Assembly: GCF_001194135.2 (NCBI RefSeq)
Contig: NC_069005.1
Coordinates: 1,343,246-1,406,588 of the forward strand
Source: Octopus bimaculoides
Taxonomy: Eukaryota
Direction of reading: 5' to 3'
Length of the DNA: 63,343 bases
Both the position numbers and the translations under genes were made by a program. Shown one piece after another: positions 54,470 to 63,343 of the stretch. The notes under the pieces are model-generated. The model ran no database searches, was not told where the DNA came from, and was given only the letters and a program-made list of their open reading frames with translations. The first letter of the stretch is position 1; every line of letters starts with the position of its first letter.

Positions 54470-55380
54470 CATCATCATCATTATCATCATTTAACATCTG
54501 TTTTCCATGCTGGTATGGGTTGGACAGCTTGGTAGGAACTGGCAAAGCTGGCAGCCACACCAGCTTCCATTGTCTGTTTCCGCTTGGTTTCTACAGCTGG
54601 ATGCTCTTCCTGATACCAACCATTCTATAGAGTTCAATTTTCATATGGCACCAGCAATCAATGCTTTTCACATGGTGCCAGCACCAACATCAAATCTTTT
54701 CATGTCATGCCTCAGTTTTAGGATATCAATTCTGTTGTGGTGGGCAGGTCTTTTTGAGTACAGAAATGCCCCACACATCTGGGTTCTCTATCATCTCTTT
54801 CGTAAGGCTCAGCATCTTGAGATCAGCCTCCATGACTTTATCCCATGTCTTCCTGGGTATCCCTCTTTCCCTCCACTTTCAGTGATCGGCACTTGTTTAT
54901 GCAACTGTCCTCATCAATTCTGTATCATGTGACCAGACCAGTGCAGTCTCCTCTCTTGCACACTGCACGTAATTCCTCTTATGCCTAACTTTTCTCTCAA
55001 TGTACCAGTGCTCTATCACTCATGCACACTGACATTGCACATCTAGTAGAGCATACCAGCTTCATTCCTCTCTAGTCTTTGTATATCTTCTGCATCCAGG
55101 GCCCATTTCTCACTACCATGTAGCATTGTAGTTTGTACACATGTATCATACAATCTTCCTTTTACTCAGAGAGAGAGAGACCTTTGGTTGCCAACAGAGG
55201 TCAAAGCTGTCTGAACTTTCTCCATCCTGTTCTTATTCTAGCAATTACATTTTCTGTACAACCTCCTCCACTGCTAATTAGGTCACCTAGGTAGCAAAAA
55301 TTATCTACAACTTCTAGAGAGCCTCCAGGACATTTGAAGAAATCAGTTCTCCATGTATCTGTGGTCTTTATGGCTCCTGT
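54470..55380 (-). mobile_element. RTE-clade LINE 3' fragment (RT C-terminal region + 3'UTR)
   Basis: Minus-strand LEVVDNFCYLGDLISSGGGC...IARIRTGWRKFRQL...KGRLYDTCV...MLHGSEKWA...LREKLGIRG...RRLHWSGH...GIPRKTWDKV, with stops and frameshifts. Same 3'UTR and (GAT)n tail family as 15290-15875. Confidence 0.8.
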
Positions 55381-55392
55381 ACATCTTCCACA

Positions 55393-55770
55393 TCATCATC
55401 ATCATCATCATTTAACGTCCGCTTTCCATGCTAGCATGGGTTGGACGATTTGACTGAGGACTGGTGAAACTAGATGGCTACACCAGGCTCCAATCTGATC
55501 TGGCAGAGTTTCTACAGCTGGATGCCCTTCCTAACACCAACCACTCCGAGAGTGTAGTGGGTGCTTTTACGTGCCACCGGCACAAAGGCCAGTCAGGTGG
55601 TACTGGCAACGACCACGCTCAAAATGGTCTCACTTGGTTTGACAGGTCTACACAAGCACAGTATATCACCAAAAGTCTTGGTCACCCATCACTGCCTCCA
55701 TGAGGCCCAACACTTGAATGGTGCTTTTTACTTGCCACTGGCACAGGTGCCAGTCAGATGGCACTGACGA
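55393..55770 (-). mobile_element. Young RTE 3'-end repeat
   Basis: Same sequence as 33421-33660. The ORF track gives near-identical spurious peptides at 33499 and 55464. Confidence 0.75.
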
Positions 55771-55854
55771 TGATGATAACGGTGATGACTGAAGGTTAAG
55801 CAATTGAGTATTGATTAGACTAGTATTTTGGAATAGACATTTATTAACGACCAC

Positions 55855-55945
55855 AACCAGCAGCAGCAGCAGTAGTAGTAGTAGTGGTAGTAGTGGTAGT
55901 GGTAGTAGTGGTAGTGGTAGTAGTAGTAGTGGTAGTAGTGGCAGT
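55855..55945. repeat. (CAG)n/(TAG/TGG)n trinucleotide tract
   Basis: Direct reading. A similar (CCA/CTA)n tract lies at 16110-16221. Confidence 0.9.
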
Positions 55946-56354
55946 GACTGTGGTACATAAAGTCTCTTGTTTCTGTAATAACATTTATATCAGCAACTGA
56001 CTTCGTTCGTTTCTGCCCTTCTCCAGGAAACATGAAATGTATCAGTTGCTATGGTTACTGTTAAAACAAACAACAATAAATAAATACATAGAACAACAGA
56101 TTGTTATTGGATTTCTAAAGTCGTTTGCGTTCCTTATCTTTGTTTATGTCCATCTTGTAATTTCTCACATCTTTTCTCCCTGATTGATCATTTCCACAGT
56201 TCAAGCATCAATGCTGGTCGTGACGGCTGCACTCTCTGCTCCAGTTGTTGGTGCAGCAACTCGGTGTTATTATACAGGAGACTAAGTTCCACTCGATTCT
56301 TCCCCGTTCATTAAGTCTTGGGGTCGATTTGTTCAACTAAAACCAACATTTAGC

Positions 56355-56503
56355 TTCAGTCCACCGAGGTTGACTTTGCCTTTCATCCCTTTGGAGTCGA
56401 TTGAATAAGTACCAGTTATGCACTGGGGTCGATATAATTGACTTAATCCCTTCCCCCAAATTTGATGCCTTATGCTTCTAGTAGAAAGAATTATTATTAT
56501 TAT
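56355..56503 (+). mobile_element. SINE family 1 3' half; its (ATT)n tail abuts the Dong-type LINE 3' end
   Basis: gttgactttgcctttcatccc...gtagaaagaattattattattatt. Confidence 0.65.
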
Positions 56504-57137
56504 TTATTGCCTTTGCACAGCTTCTAACGCTGGAGATGTACTACAGTGAACTAAGGTAACGCCCCTTATTTTTCGAGCACCTTCCTGAGTATTTGAGCGG
56601 TTCCAAGCAGTGCTGTTTTCTGCAAGTGCTCCACCCTTATTGCAGCCCCTGTTTGTTCCATGTACTTTTCAAGATTTTTGCTCACTGTTCCCAGGGTTCC
56701 AACAATTATTGGTACTACTACCACCTTTTCTATCGACTCCAACTGCTTAACTCCCCAAGCTAACCTGTCATATCTCTCGACTTTTCTTTCTTCCTTATCG
56801 CATACCTTGTTGTCAGTTGGGCATGTTATATCTATGATCCAGCATAGTTTGTTTTCTTTCTCAATTAAGACTATGTCTAGTTTCCTATTCTCTATCTCAT
56901 GGTCACACTGAATCATAAAATCCCATAGGATCTTTGCATTATCCTTTTCGGTGATGCATCCAGGTTTATGTTTGTACCACTTTTTGCTCTGTCAAGTCCA
57001 TACTTGTTGCAAAGTGTCCAATGGACAATCCTTGCTGTGTTGTCATGACGTCTCTTATATTCTTTCTGGACTAGTGACGTACATTGACTGGTAATATGCC
57101 ATACGTTTTCACCATTTTGTCCACAAATTCTGCATTG
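56504..57137 (-). mobile_element. 5'-truncated R4/Dong-type non-LTR retrotransposon (CCHC knuckle + restriction-like endonuclease)
   Basis: Minus-strand translation CRICGQNGENVWHITSQC (C-x2-C-x8-H-x4-C), then ILWDFMIQCDHEIENRKLDIVLIEKENKLCWIIDITCP...KVERYDRL...PIIVGTLG...LQKTALLGTAQILRKVLEK* (ORF 56566-56916). One frameshift. (TAA)n on both flanks. Confidence 0.85.
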
Positions 57138-57240
57138 TTATTATTATTATTATTATTATACAAGAATCTTGCAAACCAAATACAAAAGTGAAAGATGAAT
57201 TTTATAAATTTCCATTTCTACAATATTTTAATATTTTTTT

Positions 57241-57314
57241 CTTCTTCTTATTGAATCCAATTTCTGATGTTTGTTTTCTTCTTCTTATTGAATCCAATTT
57301 CTGATGTTTATTTT
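57241..57314 (+). repeat. 37-bp tandem duplication (one mismatch) in the 3' splice region of exon B
   Basis: cttcttcttattgaatccaatttctgatgttt(g/a)tttt at 57241-57277 and 57278-57314. Confidence 0.9.
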
Positions 57315-57328
57315 CTTCTTCGTTGCAG

Positions 57329-57551
57329 GGGCTTCAGAGCACTTAATGCCAGCTGGGTCCCTAACACCACCTGACAAAATAAGTGGCGACTCGATTTCTA
57401 TGGCAAACATCCGTCCACTTGGCATCAGTACGCTAACCAATACAATCAAGACCCCACCAAGTCCAATGCCTACTCCATCTCCACCAATCAATAGGATTAC
57501 AGGTGATATTGATCATTCAGACTCAAGGATTACTCACCCGTTTTCTCGCAG
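57329..57551 (+). CDS. Su(H): Su(H)/RBPJ coding exon B, containing Groucho-type motif GSLTPPDKI and a PPSPMPTPSPP tract
   Basis: Acceptor ttcttcttcgttgcag| at 57328. G from exon A plus GG gives Gly in frame: (G)ASEHLMPAGSLTPPDKISGDSISMANIRPLGISTLTNTIKTPPSPMPTPSPPINRITGDIDHSDSRITHPFSR. Donor AG|gtaag at 57551/57552, phase 2. I found no next exon in the window. Confidence 0.88.
57355..57381 (+). other. Encoded Groucho/TLE-binding motif GSLTPPDKI (GSLTPPDKV class of protostome Su(H))
   Basis: ggg tcc cta aca cca cct gac aaa ata, in frame within exon B. Motif class recalled from literature on protostome Su(H). Confidence 0.75.
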
Positions 57552-57735
57552 GTAAGAAATGTTACTTCTTAGTGACACAATCGGTTCAGAATACCAAATT
57601 ATAAACTGGTTACAACTGTGACCGACTCTATTTTAGTTCATTGAGCTTGCAAAATGGCTAAGTCCATCTTGGTGTAAAAGATTTTTTATGACCAGTTGTG
57701 ATATGTGTTACATATTTTCTCAATTTGCAGTGTGA

Positions 57736-58060
57736 AGACACATGGCTTAGTGGTTAGAGTATTTATCTCAGGATCATGAGGTTGAGAGTTCGATTCCTGG
57801 AGGCACATTGTGTCCTCGAGCAAGTCACTTTATTTCATGTTTCTCCAGTCCACTCAGCTGGCAAAAAAAGAGCTGTACCAGTAATCCACAAGGGCCAGCC
57901 TTGTCACATTCTGTGCCGTGCTGAATATCCCTGACAACTACGTTAAGGGTACACGTGTCTGTGGAGTACTCGGCCACTTGCACGTTAATTTCACGACCAG
58001 GCTGTTCCGTTGATTGGATCAACTGGAACACTTGTCATTGAAACCGATGGAGTGCCAATT
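57736..58060 (+). mobile_element. tRNA-derived SINE family 3, near full length
   Basis: catggcttagtggttagag...gagttcgattcctgg (tRNA A/B boxes), tgtgtcctcgagcaagtcactttatttc, body gtggagtactcggccacttgcacgttaatttcacg. Fragments near 4870, 8440(-), 13630(-), 13845 and 51590. Confidence 0.7.
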
Positions 58061-58458
58061 AGTGTAGAGTTCAAATCACAGTAACTGGTTGATGTGCCCT
58101 TGATGTAGCATTTAAAAAATGGTTTTGAAGTTGCCTTTACCACCCCCCAAGGATTATGACATTTGTTACCACTGTTGTTGTTGTTGTTTAACCCCAGGTC
58201 AGCCCTGATCAGAACCATGACCAAAGATGTTCCAACCCTAATCACCCCCATTCTGTTTTTATACCAAGCATTGCATTAGTCAGCATTTTCTCTATTGAGC
58301 CCTTTTGAAATCACTCTCCTTGGGACCACCCCTGGTCCTTTGATAAAGCCTTCCTATTTTAAAGTGATCTAAATTAAAACTTTACATCAAAATTTTGTGT
58401 TAAGTTCCAAACAGTAACTGACCCTTTTCCTTTCAATATTTCTGTTGAAAAATACCCT

Positions 58459-58687
58459 TTAACCCTTTAGCATTTAAACTGGTCATATCCGGCCAAAAGT
58501 ATTCTGCCTGTTTTATGTTCAAACTGGCCAGATCTGGTCTCTCATACCAACCCTACAATATTGTTTTAAAAATTAACAACTACCTCATCAAAATCTCATA
58601 GCTACAAGATAATGTATGATTAGTTCAAAACAATGTAGATGAAAAAGCATTAATTTTGGCAGAATAATGCGAACACTACAGGGTTAA
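58459..58687. mobile_element. TTAA-flanked MITE family A
   Basis: TTAA-CCCTTTAGCATTTAAACTGG...ACTACAGGG-TTAA. Also 29664-29885 and partial 24995-25180. Confidence 0.7.
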
Positions 58688-60972
58688 TTTTAATTTATTT
58701 CATTAAAAAATACTAAAGCAGCCAAGATCTTTGGAGATCGGCCATTCTTGATAAGACCCGTCAAGTCAAATGAGATTGCATTCGTGGCAGATGCCAGTGT
58801 CATGTAAATGGCCCATTAAAAGCACCCTTCAATCGTTGGCCGATATGCTGTGCTTGTGAAGACCCGTCGAACTGAGTGATATTGTAGCATTTGTAGAGAG
58901 CCCCTTCAAATGTGGTCGCTGCACCACCGTCAGCAGCTGACACGATTCCTTCAGGGTGCAGGTCCATGGCCTCTCGAGACCGACAGATGCTGACTTGGGA
59001 CATATCAGCATCAAACAGGACAAAATTTGCTAACTACATGGGACACTAGCACAGACCCTTGAAACTGGGACATAGGAAGCCCATGCGCGTGCGTGCGTGT
59101 GTGTGTGTTGATTTGATGAATTAATCAGGAGACCTCCACTAATTGCTTGGACTCATCTTTTCTGCCTTCCAATCCTTTTATTTTTTTACTATCCTAGAGG
59201 CTGGTTTTTTTTTTTTTTTCAAAGAGATTAATTTTTATGATTTTAGAATTAGATTAATTTTAGTTTTCAATATTTTTAAGCAAATATCTGTTAGTTCTTC
59301 CTTTCTGCCAGATTTTTCACAAGAGAGAATCTAAATTGTCAATGCCAATCAAGAGGTTCACAAACTATTTAATATTTCATTTTATTTAAAAATTATTCTA
59401 GAAATCGAATGAGCTCAACAATTGTAATCATTTATTCAGACATATTTCTGAAAGATGAACTTACAAGGAAGCAAAAAGAAAAAAAAAGAGAGAGAAAAAA
59501 AAGAAAAAAGCACCGAAAATTTAATTTGAAGTAAAAAAGAAAAAAAGCAATTAATTCCTTGATATTATTTTTGTACGTCAAGAGTTATTCCCCTTAGACT
59601 TTAAAGCACTTTTAACCTCGCCAGTTATTGTTAGTTTTTTTCTTCTGTTTTTCACTTTCGTTTGTTGAAATTTTTTGTTAAAACGAACGTGGTAACTTTC
59701 CACTTGAAATAAGTGAAGCAATCGTTTCACCTTTGTACTAAATTAATTAAGTCATTATTAAGGTAGTTACTGTAACAAATAATTTAGTTACGGTGGCGAA
59801 TGTGTGTTTGTACATTGTAGTCAAGCTACTCCAGTTAGTTTTGCATGAGCAGACACACATTTTATTTGTTAAGCATTTCATAAAGAAGATGGAAAATTAA
59901 ATTGTAACACAGCATAGAGTCTTTTTTTTTAAGTATCAAGCAGCGCTGAGGGCAAGCCGGTGGAGTTTCTAGTAGTTATTTGACCTGTTTTGTGTTAGAA
60001 AGCAGAGCTTTTCAGAAATATTTCATGCGTAAAATAGAAAATGTTAACTTTTCAGATTTATTACAGATCTATATATTGAGCTAACTTGTTGAATGAATTA
60101 TTTATTCAGTTAATACTTTTAAATTAGGTTTATCATAGGATATGTTATGGGTTGGATTTAGAAAGACCTAGTGGGGCCCCTGGGCCAACAGTATTTGGGG
60201 GCTCCTATGATTTTGCTAATTGAATGCATAATAAGACAATAAAGAGGGTTCAGTTCAATCTAGGGGCCCTAAACAGTTTGAAATGGTTCCGAAACTTAAA
60301 AACGCCTGTGTAAATTCAGAGGGATTCAGTTAAATTTTATGGTCCTTAAAATCTAAAAAAGCCCAATAAATCAAAAGAAGGCTTGATAAATTTTTTTGTG
60401 TGGCCCATAATTGAATCTTGTTAAGGGGTTCATTACAATGAACTTGCTGTTATTTTGAGCCAGTTATTTTGAGTTAAGTAGAAGCTTTTCAACTTTTCAG
60501 AATTTTGTAATTTGATTAATTTTATTGTCTGCTAAAAACAGCAAAAATATGAAATATAAAATAAAATAACAAAAAAATATAGTAACATATATATATGTAA
60601 CCTATATCAATTACAAAAGCATGATAACAGTGTACATACATGTGCACGTGTGTGTGCATGTATATTCCCCTTATGTGCACCTTGGGTAAACATCTATTAT
60701 AACCTCAGGCCAATCAATGCTTTGTGAGTGAATTTAGTAGACTGAAATTTAAACAAGGCTATGTTTGTGCGTGTGTGTGTGTGCGTGCGTGTGCGTGCGT
60801 GCATCTGTATGTCTGTGTGCGCACACATGTGTATATGTATCTATCTATGTATTTATATATCTTTCTACCTGTGTCCATCTGCATATATGTGTGTGTGTGT
60901 GTATAAAAGAGGCATAAATGATGGGAGTGTTGGAGAGATGAGAGGATATCAGAGACAGAAGATAAGTTTGAC

Positions 60973-61015
<43 letters not shown>

Positions 61016-61315
61016 TAGATCATATTTTGTCTCCCAGACTCCATCACCACCAGTTTTAACATCTATTTCCCCCATGCTTGTACAGGTGGAAGGGTCTTCT
61101 CCTGCTGCACTGCTTCATGCCATCTCCTCTTCCAACAACTTCAGATGCATCTTCACCATTTCGTCCCAAGTCTAGTTTCTGTCTACCAAACCCACTCACA
61201 AAGCTTTGGTTGCTCAAGGTGCCATGCAGCTGGACTGAACCCAGAACCATGTGGTTGGGAAGTAAGCTTCTTATTACACAGCTACTCCTGCAGCTGTGTG
61301 TACACACACACGCAC

Positions 61316-61350
<35 letters not shown>

Positions 61351-62053
61351 CACAGAGGAAGATAGGTGATGTGGTTATTAAGATTGATCTTAAATGCTTG
61401 AAGCTCACAAAGATGGTCCCAAAGAATTGTGGCAAACGTAACGCTGTGCTGGAGACCAGATTCCTTCTGACCGTCTGTTGTGGATCTGTGCAGAAATTTC
61501 TATTTTGTGTTGTTTTTTTTTTTGCGTTTGTTTGCAAAGTGTGTTGTGTGCATCGATGCAGGGAAGCATCTCTTGAATTTCTTCGTTAAAAAGAATCTGA
61601 TCTGATCTCGAAAATCTTGTGTGTACAGAGTTTCTTTCTTTGTTCCTTTTTTCAACCTTCCCTCATTGCAGAATATGTGATAAATGGAATCAAGCAGGTA
61701 ACAACACATCGTAGGCTTGAGAGCAGGGTACAGGGGGTGTATGTGGACCTCCTAAAATTTTGGTGGTGGGGCAATGAAAATACTCTTGGGTTGGACCCGG
61801 ATTCCCCCCTCCCACTTAAATCTCATCCTTGCACTTATGCAATGCAAGACCTGAAATGACCCCCTTCACTAATTATCAATATCCACCACTGACCTCATCA
61901 CTGACCTTTTCACTATTAGCTGTCAGTCACCCCCTCCCATCAATCTCTTCCCCTCTCCCTATCTCTCTCCACCACCATTACTCCTCCTGCCACTCTTCTT
62001 CTTTCCTTCCCCCCCTCTTCCCAACCACCCTGTTTCTCCCTTCCACTCCTTGC

Positions 62054-62091
<38 letters not shown>

Positions 62092-62694
62092 TTCTTCTTC
62101 CCTTTTACTGTGGTTCAGTTTTTGACAATTGCTCTCCCTCCCTACCCACCTCCCTCTCTCCTCTTTCTTTCTCCCCCCCCCTCTGTCCTATCAGTTGCAT
62201 TGCCCAGCACAAACAGAGACCCGACACCCTATTACATCCAGTAAGAAGCCCCCTTCACCTCGCAACACAGAAGCTGACTTTTACAATTGTCCTGGCAAAA
62301 TAACAGCCATTCCATTCTGTGAGAAAGGTGAACCAAATGCAAGGCAGATACGGCGCTGCCACTGACTTCTCTTGGAAGGCAAGAAACTCTAAATAAGATC
62401 TCTCTCAGATGTGGTGACGTGGCCCAACCCATTCCATCAAGAAGACTGGATGTAAAAGCAATGGATGATGACGATGATATATCATCATCATTTAGCATCC
62501 ACTTTCCCTGCTGGCATGGGTTGGACGGTTTGATTGAAAACTGGAAAAGCTGGAGAGCTGCACCAGGCTCCAGTCTGATTTGGTTTGATTTCTACGGCTG
62601 GATGCCCTTCCTAACACCAAACACTCCAAGAGTGTAGTGTGGGTACCTTTTACATGTGTGTGTGTGTGTGGACAAGTGCATGCACACGCATACA

Positions 62695-62734
<40 letters not shown>

Positions 62735-63343
62735 AAACTTGTTTCAGTATTGTTTCAGTTTCTTTTTACATTGGCAACAGTTTCAGCTTTACGATAATAC
62801 TTTGTTGGGTGCATAAAATTGTAACTCCATGCATGGATGATATTTTCAGTCAGAAATATTTTTGCAAAACTGTCATTTCTGGGACTTACTACACTTTTGT
62901 AAAATGCTAAACCGTTCTACTACACTTCGACACTTTTCATCTGAAGCAGCTGGAGATAAGATAGTTTGACCAAAAGAACCAGCTACTGCAAGCAAAATTA
63001 AATATTGAAAAAACAAAAAGACATTTGGCCAAATTTGGACACACGACAGTGCTCTATATATAAAGAGCACTTAATACTGGATTCATTGACCCTTTTGTTA
63101 CTGTATTTATTTTGAGATGCTCTATGTTTCTTTCAATTAATCTTAAATATAACAAAGAATTTAGTAAAATAACTTAGTTATCATTCAGCTAGTGTTAGGA
63201 ACATAAATTGTGACTAAGGTTTGGTCGAAGATTTTAATTCAAAACTTATGAAAACAAGACATTTGTACTCAGATGCTAGCATGGAAGGTGGACGTTAAAT
63301 GATGATGATGATGATGATGATGATGTATATGTATATATATATA

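Larger units (their letters stand above)
35636..57328 (+). other. 21,693-bp GT-AG phase-1 intron between exons A and B
   Basis: GTAAG at 35636 and TTGCAG ending at 57328. Branch-point-like CTGAT at 57301-57305. Reading frame is preserved across the junction. Confidence 0.8.

Noticed and set aside
57736-57810. tRNA-like sequences with A and B boxes
   Set aside because: SINE heads continuing into CORE/body sequence. No complete cloverleaf or acceptor stem.
57552-63343. Next Su(H) exon (expected LTREAM...HAKVAQKSYG-like sequence)
   Set aside because: Not found in this interval. It presumably lies beyond the window, so the CSL assignment rests on the N-terminal motifs only.
1-63343. CRISPR arrays, rRNA genes, prokaryotic operons
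   Set aside because: No repeat-spacer arrays or rRNA similarity seen. The sequence is eukaryotic intronic DNA.

Overview
Eukaryotic, AT-rich, microsatellite- and SINE-dense draft-assembly DNA with 11 N-gaps. The repeat families and style point to an octopus genome (inference). The only host coding sequence I can support is two + strand exons (35218-35635 and 57329-57551) with canonical, phase-compatible splice sites and a 21,693-bp intron between them. Spliced, they encode an N-terminal region with a CtBP-type motif (PMDLS) and a GSLTPPDKI motif. From memory, this pair matches the direct co-repressor-binding motifs (CtBP PxDLS; Groucho GSLTPPDKV) reported for non-pancrustacean protostome Suppressor of Hairless/RBPJ (CSL). 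The DNA-binding domains would lie beyond the window's right edge. The rest is intronic or flanking DNA: several tRNA-derived SINE families, RTE and R4/Dong-type LINE fragments, TTAA-flanked piggyBac-like MITEs, a decayed Penelope-type hammerhead ribozyme and simple repeats. The best leads are: (1) the two co-repressor motifs sit on separate exons, with a phase-matched candidate alternative exon at 53238-53310 that could drop either one; (2) a possible 3-nt microexon or recursive splice site at 26755; (3) both motifs are one A-to-G change from Val-containing versions, a possible A-to-I recoding target. These leads are hypotheses that need RNA data. Repeat boundaries are approximate.
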